A stretch of 64,000 nucleotides of DNA, from NCBI GenBank assembly GCA_028534125.1, contig CM052818.1, positions 20,834,001 through 20,898,000 of the forward strand, read 5' to 3'. The translations under genes and the position numbers were made by a program. A model generated the notes under the pieces. It was given only the letters and a program-made list of their open reading frames with translations, made no database searches and had not been told where the DNA came from. Below, piece by piece: positions 11,404 through 23,460 of the stretch; the stretch's first letter is position 1, and the number at the start of each line of letters is the position of its first letter. Source of the stretch: Lama glama (taxonomy: Eukaryota).

Positions 11404-14400
11404 GTAGTCAGTACTTAGGATCATTACCAGAATATGAAATGTTCTGATTTCGTGTATTTTTATGTGTTTTTTAAAAATATGCCATGAGAATGACATTTCA
11501 TTCTTTAATAGCTACTTTAAACTATTTAATTATAATTAGTATCAGGGCAAGACTTAATTCTTTATCTTTAACACATGAGCCGTATATACCACGAAGTTGG
11601 AGTCCAAAATTAAAAGGTTATATCTGACTTAACTGGAACAGGTAGGAAGTGATAGAGTATAAAGATGAAGATTTTTATATGTACAGCTGTACATATATTC
11701 TTAGGGCCCTATTAGCCAAGATCTGTTGTCTTAGTAGTACTCAGGTGCATAATTCAGTCAAATGAATCACAGATGATCCATTTTAAAAGCACTTTACTGT
11801 CTGGGTGTCAGGGGAAGAGAATTCAGTTGTAAGTTAAGAACTTTATCCCGAGATCGTTTAATGATATATTTAATTTTAGCTGCCCCAAATCTATGTGGTC
11901 AAAAATTATTATTATAAATAAAAGATGTGCAAATCCTTATTCCAGCTCCCTTTTATCAGGGGAAGGGAAAGATTCAGGAGATGTTACAGGATGCTGTTAT
12001 ACAGTTTTTATTTTGTTTCTCTGTTGGACTTTTATTTGGTGAAGCTTTCTCAAAAACTATGCTAAAAATCCATTACTATAGAACTATTAAAAATACTGCT
12101 TTATTATCCAGTGATTAATATCCATGACCTTTATTTTTGGATAAGCTTCATAGATATATACATTTTCCTGTGTCAGTCATTGTCTAGAATTTCATTTTTG
12201 TTCTGCTTTCCATTACATACCATGAATTATATGAAATTAATTTAATCATTACTACAAACAGAAATTAAATGTGCCCTAATCCAGAGTTACGTTGTTTGCT
12301 TTTACAACTGTAAGTCATAAGTAATTAATTTTCCTTGGAAAATTAATTCACTTACCATTCCCAGTAGCATCATATGTTGACACAGGGTTATAGATAGTTT
12401 AATATTTTTCTTCAGCATGCTGGCCTCAACTTTAGAAGACCTTAAATGAAAACAAATTAAAATTTACTCAACTGTATATAATTTTGGAGTTATTTAAAAT
12501 AAGTGTTGTTGTTATTGCTGTTATCCAGGCGATGACTTGAAAATTACATTCAAACTTCACAAAATCTCCATTAGTATACTAATGTCTGAAACAGCATTTT
12601 TAAAGTTGTTTATATGACAGTAGCCATTAAAATTTTTATTCCTCAGTTATGAATAAAACAGTTGACACGACACCCATCTGACTGACAGCAGTAGCATGAA
12701 AAGTTTTACCAGCGCTTAATTAATGGGAAAGCAAAGTGAGTTAACTTACTTGCTGGCCATTTTGACCACCTAGGATAGCAAGCCATCCTGTCTGATTCTT
12801 ATAGAGCTTATTTTCAGTATCTAACCTCAGTCAAAATGTTTTCATCAAGGTATCTTAAAACTTAGAATATGAAAGATGCCTAGTTTTAAACCCCCAAATA
12901 TTTTTTATTACATTGATTGCTCTTCTCTACTTGTTTTATCCTTTCCTGTTTAATATTTTCCCCCTTACTTTCCAGAAGGGCTAATGTGGAAAGTGAAATA
13001 AGCAAAAGTCTTTCAGTTAAATAAGTTGGGTTTCCCTTAGCTGCTTCTTATATTCTGAGAACTCAGAAAATATGGGCAAACCAAATTTAGCTTTTCTTTT
13101 GCATTTGCCAAGAGGTATTTTGTAAGGTGATTTTTTTTTTCTGGTTCATAGAACTCTATAAAACATATAGTGTTTATTACTTTATTTATATTTATTTAAG
13201 TCACTAAGGTGAAACTCTAGTGATGGTGGCAATGTTACAGTTTTAACAAGTGGGGGCTTATTTTATAAATGTGCCTTTGTGGCCATAGCTTTCAAAAATA
13301 TGGGGGGTTAGCAGTGAAATGCTCTTTATGGCTTTTGGAAGGAAAATTTGCTGTTTAAGTCCAGTGTAAAAGTAGTACCAGAATACAGAATCACCACTGT
13401 TACTTTGTGTCACTATTCATTGTTATACTCAGGTTTTGGATCTCTACTCTCAGGAATGAACTACATATATTCCAAAGTTGCATCAGAAGCAAGTGTTTTA
13501 CTTGATACTTCTGTCATAAGGAGGATCACAGAGGAATCTCCTTCCCTGTGCTTCAGAGGGGTTCTCTGTCTGAGTGGCCTTTAGAATTGTGAAAATGACT
13601 TTCTTTATCTTCATCAGGCAAAATGAAAAAACTACAGATGTCAAGTCATGTACTTTTATGTTTATACTCTGACCCAAATACAGATCATTACACAGTCAGG
13701 TTTAAAGGCTTTCAAAAATAATTTATGTAGGCATCCCAGGCAATAATTATTCTAAGAACTTTATCCCTAAGTCTGCCACCGTGTACCTGCCATATGATTA
13801 CGAATAAATATGTGTGATACTTCTGCATCGTTATTACAGTTTTAAAAAAATGTCTCTTCCCTTTCTGAAATGAACACTACAGGTTTAGTTTATCCTAGTT
13901 TCGAGTGGAAAAGTAAATGTATGTTTATAGAAATTTGCTAATATCAATCTGCATTTTATTCACAGAATTACATGTAAGTGAGAAGTTTGTCACAATGTAC
14001 TTTAGTAACTTTTGTCTCCTGGCAAAAAGACTAACTTAGAGAAACATTTCAGTTTCTAGTAAGCTAAGAAATTTAGAGGGGTTCTGTGTATGGTGCGTGT
14101 ACAAAAGGAGATTGCAAGAATGTGGAGAAGTGCTGAATTTAAGTGACCTGGTATTTTACTCGAAGCTGACAAATGAACATTTTATGTTAAAATATATAAA
14201 AATTACAGATTCAAAAAACAGTTTGGAGAAGTAGAAGTGTTTATTTTCCACAATTATTTTGTTGATTTTGGTCATAATAGAAATGACAAGACTTTGTGGT
14301 AGAAATATTAATTTTTTTTAATTGTATAATGTGCAGATAGTACAAAATTTACGATTTGCTGAAGAATAGTTGTGACAAACGTTAAAAACTGTGCTATTTG

Positions 14401-15799
14401 TGACTAGACAAGCAAGTGCATGTGTGTTCTGAGGAGTTCGGGCAGACCCTGATTTGCATTTGCTCAAAAAGATTTTACTTTTAATCTGTGAGCAGGGTAT
14501 AAATAATCAGTTATTCCTGAATAGCTCCCTGAAGTATGGTAAAGGTGGGGTTTGCAGACTACAGATATGTGCTGAAGAAAGATATATTGACATTTCATAA
14601 CATGTTTCTGTTCAGTAGAGTCCTTAGCAATGTCACTGGGCAGAAAAGTAAATTTGTACGTAAAGAAATATACAGCTGTTAATTTGCATTCTATTTCACA
14701 CTGTTCTCTCAAAAGACTAAATTTAAATTCGTTTGCACTTCTATTCACAAAGGTAATAATTAAATTAAGGGGATATATAGAAAGGTAAATGGCAATTTAC
14801 CACCATCTGAGAATGAAAAAACTCTCGTAGATCCGTCAAAGTTGAAATCATGTCCGAATTATTATCCCACAAGACCTTAATCTTACACATTGTCAGTGGG
14901 ATAAATTGGGTTTTATTTTTGCTTTTACTGGAAACTCAAATCAGATCACAGTCAAGGTAGGGAGTACTGTATTGGGGTATCTTGTTTTTATGCTTCTGTT
15001 AGGTCCTAACATTAAACTTTGACTATTAAAAACAGCTCACCCAGATACCACCCTTTTCTTTTGTAGTACCATTCATAGTTTTGGGCCATTTTCAGCTTGA
15101 TATCAAAGAACCCTTCTTCACAAGGCAATGTGTCTGTATAAGTATGTGAAACAATTTAATGGCCCTCTTCTGATGAGTTTAAATGACTGTTAATTGCAGT
15201 GGATGGATTTGTCTTACTAAACCTGCTCATCAGAATATAAAAAATCAGCAGGAGAACCTTTAAGTAATGCCCTATCACCAAATTGTTGTTTCATTTTTGC
15301 ATATTAATCCATAGCATTTTTTTCCTCTAGTATATATGTTAAAAGAATCTTTTTTGAATTGTGGCTTTTATTAAATTTGCAAAAACCTGAAGAACCTCTT
15401 CTCAGTAAACACTGCTACTATATCTAAGTTTATCATTTTAGAAGAAAGGAACACTGGTTAAAAGCTGTTTTATTATTTTGAGTTTTGATGTTTACCAAAT
15501 TTATGGGAACCCTCAAAACATTACTGTTTTATCCTTCTCCCTGTATATGTAAACAGAATGAAGTCAGAATTAACCAGCGATTCCTCCTCTGGAGTACTTA
15601 AAAGAAAAGTACTGTATTGCTGTGTTTGCTAATAACAAACCTGGACTTATTTTGAATTAATTGTACATTTTGTGTGCTATAATGTGGAAAGAAAATACTC
15701 AAGGAATATAGAAAGAAAGATTGTACTAGCTAATAAGAGAGCTTAATTCTAGAGAGGCCACCAAGGAGTCTGTTGTGATTGACAAGCATTCTAGTAGAG

Positions 15800-15846
15800 T
15801 CTTTCTTTTCTTTTCTCTCTCTCTCTTTTTTTTTTTTTTTTTTCCT
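15800..15846. repeat. (CTTTT)/(CT)n/poly-T pyrimidine tract
   Basis: Read directly from the sequence. Confidence 0.9.
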
Positions 15847-18800
15847 ATAGCAGTGTTGAAGTCAGTCAAAGTACATATACAAAGCTGAGTGAATACCAGT
15901 TTCCCCAGTACAGGGGCTATTTTTTCAGGAAGTCTAACTCAAACCAGATGTTTTGCCTAGACCCAGAGTTTGTTGCTGCCAAGCATCTCATCAGAGGTCA
16001 GAGTTCTGGGCTCAGGGCCCTGCTAGAATTCTTTCACAAATTGCTATTCGGTGAGGTTTTAATCCTAATGGAAAGAATAATGTGCTTGTAAAATCTGCAG
16101 TTATTACAAACACAGTATACATATTGTGGACTTCAAATGACTACATATTTCATTCCCATAAACAGGGAGCGCAGATGAATGCCTTGTGTGATAGCTTTAG
16201 TCATTCTAACTAAAATCTAGTATACAGTTTATACCACATTAACCATTTGCATTTGTAATACCCCAATAAAAGTAACTGTTATCTTTGGGTGATAACTGGT
16301 AACCAGCTCATGCCCACCCCCCTGCCCAACAGTTTTTTTTTAACAAGCACTACGAATTCATACAGCTGTGTGAACGCAAGAATTAAAAGCATTCGGAACT
16401 AAATATTGGATGTTCTCTTTGGAAGACCTATGAAGGTTACAGTCCTAAGTGAAAAGTTTTAAAAGTAAGGCAAAAGGCACACTATTTTGCCAAGGCTTAA
16501 CTATTGCACATTTGGAAACATATTAAAACTGAATTCATTTACTCAAATTAGGATAAAGAGTGTGTATGTTCTCTTAAAATGGAGAATGTGATTAGTATAT
16601 AGCTGAACACGAGTGTGGTTCTTTGGGAAAGATTAAGAGCGATTAGTGAGATTTATTATAGTTCTGCTTAATTTTGTATACAAATGTCATTAGATGCTTA
16701 TTTGGAGGCTTTGCTGTTGTTGATCGTGAGCCCAAGAGAAATTCCCAGGTAGACAAAGGTAAAACTGGAGAATCACAATTTGGGCTAGAGATTAAGTGTG
16801 TTAATTAGACCATACCTACTAAAATTAAATCTGCATTTTGGATAGATGTGTGTTAATTTTTGTGTCAACAAAACACAGGAAGTCCAAATTTCTGAAATGA
16901 GAGAAATTGAACTTTTTTTATGAAGGAAAAGAAGTTGGATTCTAATGTCCCTGAATTAATCCCATATGAAAGCACTCTTTGGTTTGAACAGTTTGTAGCA
17001 TTTATTTGGGGTAGGAAGTCTAATTTCTAAATACTACTTTTTTGTTTTTACACTGAAGTGACAATAATATGAGGTACAATAAATAAACAGGGCTCAAACA
17101 TGTTCTCTAATCTTAGAAGTAAATAAAAATCGGTCAACTGTGTTAGCCCCCAGAATTCTAATGGAACCTTATGGGTAGTTTTGATTTTACCTTTCATTTC
17201 TACAAAAAGAGATCTACATTGATATCATCTGTACTGCGCAGACAGACAACTGCACTGGTCTTGAGAGGAGTCATTTCTGTGAACATAATTCTCCTCTTAG
17301 CTGCCAACAAGTGGGGGGAAAAAAAGATTTGTTGAAGTGTGTGATGTTAAAAAGAAAATGGAGGGTATTTGTGTTGTATCACTTTCTTCAAGTTGTGGAA
17401 CAACTGAAGATTAATCTGATTAATCTTTATGCTATCTTATGCCTCAGGAGATCTAGCCTAGTGGCAGATCTTCTGTAAAGTCTTGTTTCCTGATGTGCAT
17501 CTCCCTGAGTAAGGCCTATCTCCTTTCCATATACACTCTCATAGTATATCGTATTTACTACTCTGTTATTTAGTTTCACTTTATTGTATCATTGCTAACA
17601 AGGGAATTTTTCTTGTAAGAAAGGTCCAATATTAACGCCTGGTATTTTTTTTTATTATCTTTGACGTTCTGAAAAGTAAAATGTTTCTTTTTTATTTGTT
17701 GATAAACTCTAATTGGTGGGGCTTTTCCCCCCAAAAGTCGGACGATACCCTCATCAATTTCTGTAAAGAAGTTGAAAATAAACATCAGAATTTGAGGCTA
17801 CATTTCATTCTGTATAGCATAATCATTCAAGTGCAATTAAAATAGTCTGAGACTGTGATCTGTTAATGAGAAACAAACAATTTCATATTAATGAGTTCCC
17901 ATTTGCCAATAATTCTGTCATTTGTAACTTGAATCAGTCATCACCCCTGCAAATAGCCCTTTCAAGACATTATTTGCAATTTTGTCCTCTGTTTTCTGTC
18001 CTTGATGTTGTGAAAATGGCCGTCTACTGTTACAGGAATGAAAAGAGATCCCATTCAAACATCTTTTGTGTTTCCACTTTCAGTGAAAAATGTTTTTCAA
18101 ACCTGCAGCTGGTTATTTCTGCAGGAGTTCCCACTTATGTTCAGATTTGATTGACATTTTGAAATGGCAGCTTTTCATGAAAAGCTGTTAACTTGTAGAA
18201 TTCAGTTATGGTACTAAGACAGACTGACTTTGTTCTGTGGCTGGGACCTGTCCAAACTAAATAGAACCCTGCATCTGAATTTAATAGTGCTACTCAGCCA
18301 AGATAGGGCACTTTTGCCTTTTTTCCCCCCTCCACAACTCTGGTGCTTCTTATGTGTTCTGAAACTAACTTGATGGATATTCATCCCAACATCTTTCTGC
18401 TCTATAATTGCTTTAATTGACATATATAGTCATTCCCTTGTTCCCTCCCTGAAACAACTAATGGACTAGGACAGTGCTTTGTTTTATGATGCTGATTGAG
18501 AAGTTATTTTGCAATTAATGTTACAGAGCACAAAAATTTAGAAGTATTATAATTGTTTTTTTCTAGTATCGAGAACCTAAAATGTTTGTTAACATGTTGC
18601 TACTAGGACTTTTTGATTCATTTGTTATGTGAAAATATTTTGAAAAACACTTTGTACATGATATTATACAAATATAGTTCACATTATTTATTTAGTTAGT
18701 TAACGCTTCAGTTTCAAGGGCAATATGCTGTAAACCGTAAGAGCCACAAAACACGTGATCCCTACCCTAAAGGAACTTTGGATTCAGTATCTTCTTTTTA

Positions 18801-20714
18801 TAGTTAACTGATAATTAGTGCTTCAAAATGTACCAACTTATTAACATTGTCTAATGATAATGATTTTTAGCTTTTCAAATGCCCAGCTGTTCTTGTATTT
18901 GATTTCCATGTTACAGTTCATGAGATGAATAAGAAAATTTAGTATCCTTGGCCTGTGGGTTTTTATGGTCCCAAGCTATCTGTTGGGAAATGTAGAACGC
19001 TGGTTTCAGTTCTGGATTTGTGGGCACTACCTGTTGTGCTGTGTGAAGCTTTTAACCCTGAACATCTGTACGTGATACCTGGCTTCACTTGTCTTAAGAC
19101 AGAGAGCTGAGACAGTCACTATGGATCCTGGTCACCTTTATGAAGCCCTGCCTGATCTTCGCTGTCTCTACTCATACCCAGCTCACACCTCTGCACCTTT
19201 AATTTAAATAGCTGACTCAGGATGATTATACAGTTTATATTAAATGTAGCTGGCAAGTTGCTGCTGCTTTAATTTTGGGTAGAAAGACTTTACATTCTGT
19301 AGCATATACACCAGTATGTGAGCTAGTGCTGGACAGTATGCCCTCTGAGAATGTTATGAGACACAGTGTTTTAATTTTTATTCTTACAGCTCTGAAACAG
19401 AGAAATTCATGGTTGATATTGGTTGAAAATATTGGCTAGAATGATAATTTTGATATTATCCCTGAATTTCAGATCTCACCCTAGTTTTGCTCCCCATAAC
19501 TTAGATAACTGAAATGAAATCATACATATTCAGTTTTATTAATAGAGAGGCTTTAAGAGGGTCAATATGTTATGGCCCATTATCAGTAAAAATAATATAA
19601 CTTTGAAGTCATAGTGGCTTTAATTTCAAAATAACTTTTTAAATAAGAGTACAAATTCATTTTCCCTGTTTTGATGATGTGAAAGGAACAATTCTGGAAT
19701 CTTCATTTGACATAAGTGTTAAGAATACCCATAGGCCCATAGTTGGTGAACAGGTAGCCAAAACTGCATTCCTCTGTTCTTCTGGGGGAACATCAACCTT
19801 TGTAACTATTTCAGTGTGCAGATTGACACTATATCTAGAGCATCTTAAAATGTTCTTTTTTGTTTTGACCAATTCTTTTTTTGAGGATTGTGTCCAAGGA
19901 AGCAAGTTAATTTTTAAATTTTATGCATAAACATAATCTTACAGTGTTATCTATAATAATTGAAAACTGAGAAGACAAAAGAAAATTTATGTTCAGTGTA
20001 AAAGGCTGGATTAACTTAAGTGTGTCCATATAATTGAATAATCTATAATCATTTAATGTTAAATTTCCAAATAATCTTAAATAAAATGTTCAAATACTCA
20101 GTCAAAAAGCTGGATTCATACTTGTACTACAGAAGAAAAATATGCCTAGGATAAATTGAAGGAAAAATCCCTAAAAGTTGAGTTGCCTCTGAATGATAAG
20201 GTTATGTATATTGTCTTCTTTATATACCTACGCACTTCCCTAGTTTGCTATAATTAAAATGTGTAACTTTTATCCTTTAGGAGAATGATAGATTTATTAA
20301 ATGAGAAACTTAGAAAAAAAATAGCTGTGACAAATTAGAATCTAGGAACCTTGTTTTCTAATTTCTTTCAGGGCAGCTTGAAAACTTGAATAATGGTCCT
20401 GGTTCAGGAGGGAAAAACAGACACCTACAGGCCATATTCCACCAGCAGAGACTTTTGCTTGGCAAGTGCTGGAAGTTTTAAATAATTTAAGTGTGGATGC
20501 CTTTAGGCAAGGGCACAAGCCTCTCCAGTATACGCTAGCCCCTACCCATCTCTCTCTCTCATTCCTGGCCTGACTCACACATTTGTGTAACCTCCTTGGC
20601 CTCTGAGATGCAGATGTTTTCTTTGTACAGCTCCATGCCTAACGCTGAATACACCTGTCAATAGTAGAATGGTCCACTCCAGTTTTTGGCTTTTGTTTTA
20701 GGTTTTGCTTACCC

Positions 20715-20970
20715 AACAGATGATGGCGGTGGTAGTGGTGATGATGTTGATCATAAGAGTTAGCATGTGTTGCGCCCTAATTATATGCCAGGCTTATAAT
20801 AAAACTTATATTAATCGTATCTAATATTTACTGTTCTATAAGGCTAGGTGCTGTTTTCCCCCCATCTTACTGATAAGATAACTGAAGCTTGAAGAGATTA
20901 AGAATCTGTTAGTAGTAGAGCCAAGGTGTGAAGCTAAGCCCACTTGGATCCAAAGTCTGTGCTCTTAATA
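20715..20970 (-). mobile_element. MIR SINE
   Basis: 'tatatgccaggc...cccatcttactgataagataactgaagcttgaagagattaag...gtagtagagccaaggtgtgaagc...ccaaagtctgtgctcttaa'. Confidence 0.8.
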
Positions 20971-21460
20971 GTTAAGTTGTATGCATAATGATTATACTTC
21001 AGCGTCACTACAGATGTTTAACTGTGCTGCCTACATTATTGAGGAGAGGATTCTACAGTAACTGTTGCCATTCTTGTTTAAGCATGTCACAAACAAAAGG
21101 AGAAAGGGTTTTTAGTATTATTCTTGATACTTGTATTAAACAGTAAACCAAGTTAATTCATTTTTAGTTTGTAATTGTACATTGTAATTATATGTTAAGA
21201 TACAGAGAGGAAATCCTGGTGCATACCATGGAAATTTGGTATAAATGTTATTCTTTGTACTAAAAAATAGTATACTTGTTTCTTATATAAAATTATGTTG
21301 ACTTCAAATATGTAATTCTGATATACTCAGTTGCTGTTACATAACATGTTCAGGACCATAGCATAACCATAACTATATATACTACAATAATAACTACAAA
21401 AACTATATAGGTGTATAAAGACAAAGGTCTCTGGTAAATACTTTGAAAGTTAGGGGGATT

Positions 21461-21613
21461 TTTTTTTTTTAACTTTTGTGTGTGGGGTTTTTTGCGGGGG
21501 TGGGTGGTGGGTGGTAATTAGGTTTGTTCATTTATTTATTTTAATGGAGGTACTGGAGATTGAACCCAGGACTTCATGCAAGCTCTCTACCACTAAGCTA
21601 TACCCTCCTCCCC
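21461..21613 (-). mobile_element. tRNA-derived SINE resembling camelid Vic-1, with 9-bp target-site duplication
   Basis: The minus strand reads GGGGAGGAGGGTATAGCTTAGTGGTAGAG...GTCCTGGGTTCAATCTCCAGTACCTCCATTAAAATAAATAAAT...CCTAATTACC...poly-A, with Pol III A and B boxes. TSD AGGGGGATT is at 21452-21460 and 21614-21622. Confidence 0.9.
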
Positions 21614-22009
21614 AGGGGGATTCTGATTAGAGTAGAAATTGGTTTCTATATGGCACAACAACAACAAAAATGTATAATAATCTCATGAGGGTTAAGTCAC
21701 TTAATCTCATATCTGAATCCCATTTAGGAAATATGACATGCCATTTTAAAATAATTTACAAGTGATGGGTAAAGGAAGAAAATCACAAGTAGTTTCTGCT
21801 TTAAAGTCTTTAGGGAAAGGGTGTTCATTAAACAAGTACTTTAATAATAAATATAACAAATATATTTATAGATACTTTGGTAATGAATACATTTCTTACA
21901 CTAGTAGTACATGGAAAGTTAGAGAAGAAGAAAAAGCAACAGGCAAAATCCTAACACTGATGGATGACTGTTTAGAGATGTGTAAGGAGTAAATGTTCTC
22001 AGTTTGTGC

Positions 22010-22950
22010 ATGTCAAAAAGATATTTTATTCTCACACATGTATTTCACTGAGTGTAGACTTTTAGGTTGAAAATAATTTTTTCTCAGATTTTATTATATC
22101 CGTTCTATTGTCTTGTATCATCTGGTGGTATTGGTGGGAGGTCTGAGTCTCATTCTGTTCAGAATAACCTGTTTTTCACATCTCTGGAAGGTTTTTTTTG
22201 CATCTTCTTTTGTATGTGTAGGTGCTTGTCTTTTCCCATGCATTGGGCTGGATGCTTCTTGTACCTTTATAATCTGAAGATGACCTTCAGCTCTGGGAAA
22301 ACATCTTGTGCTACGTATTTGATTTCTTGTCCTTTGTTTTCTCTAATTCCATTAAGGCAGGTATGGGACCTTTTAGGTGGAACCTGTCTGTCTCTCTTTT
22401 TTAAAATTTTCAGCTCTTGATTTGTATCTTTGTTGTTGCTCTGGTGGAGCCCTCAATTTTATCTTCTAGTCATTTTATTTTGAATATTTCATTTTGGTAA
22501 TCAGTTTTAATTTCTAAAAAACACTTTCTTGACCTCTGATTCCCTTTTTATGGTATTATGTTCTTATTTTTTGTTCATTTTTTTAAGCTACAGTATTTTT
22601 TTTAATTTTCTTTAGAATACTGACCAAAGGGGATATTCCCTCTGTCTCTGTTTTCCTGCTGTTTTTTTGATCGTTTGTTTGGTTTTTCTGTTTGTTACCT
22701 TGATATCTCTCGGGCCAAGACTTCTCTCTTGAGAGACTTTGGTGATTGTTACCTGTATAAGAATACAAAGCTGAGTGGAGCTCTCCTGTAGGCAGGTAGA
22801 GTTTGTTCTATTAGCGGGTTTTACTTTACCATGATCTGTTGAGGGGAAGTAGCTACTCTTAAGCTGGAGAATGTATACAAGCCACATTTCAGAAGTCTTT
22901 TTCCTTGGGGCCTGTTTTGTTTCTTTAGTGAAGAGCCTTACAATTTTTTT
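22010..22950 (-). mobile_element. Ancient L1M internal fragment (antisense)
   Basis: T-rich degraded sequence with motifs such as 'ttttaggttgaaaataatttt', 'ccttcagctctgggaaa' and 'ttttaatttctaaaaacactttctt'. Confidence 0.65.
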
Positions 22951-23036
22951 CTCTTTTGGTTAGAGAAGGTAGAGTAAATATTTGACTGGAAAGGTGGAAT
23001 AAATATTTTGGATACTGCTAGTGGTGAATTTGGAGG

Positions 23037-23460
23037 TGTACTGTGTTGAGTACTCCTCAAAGTTAATGTCTACCCATGACTTCAGAATGTGGCCTTATTT
23101 GGAAAGAGTCCTTGTAGGTATTAGTTAAGATAGACCATACTATATTAGGGTGGGCCCTCATCCAATGATTGGTGCTTTGGTTAAGAAGAGAAAACACGCA
23201 CACACAGAACACCCTGTGAAGGTAGAGACAGGAAGCGGAGTGATGCAGCTGCAAGCCAAGGAATGCCAGAGATTGCCAGCAACCCAGGAGCTGGGAGAGG
23301 CCTGGAGCATGTTGTCCCTCAGAGTCTCTAGAGGGAACCAACAGCCAATGTCTTGATTTTGGACTTCTCTGCTCCACAACTGTGAGAAAACAAACTTCTG
23401 TTGTTTTGAACCACCCAGTTTGTGGTCATTTTTTCCCGGTAGCCCTTTGAAAGTAAAACA
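23037..23460 (+). mobile_element. MLT1 (MaLR) solo LTR, MLT1C-like
   Basis: TG...CA termini; 'cagaatgtggccttatttggaaa', 'gcaagccaaggaatgccagagattgccagcaacc', 'gattttggacttct...aactgtgagaaaacaaacttctgttgtttt'. Confidence 0.9.

Noticed and set aside
21540..21613. tRNA-like sequence with A and B boxes
   Set aside because: It is the head of a SINE with an A-tail and TSD; there is no complete cloverleaf.
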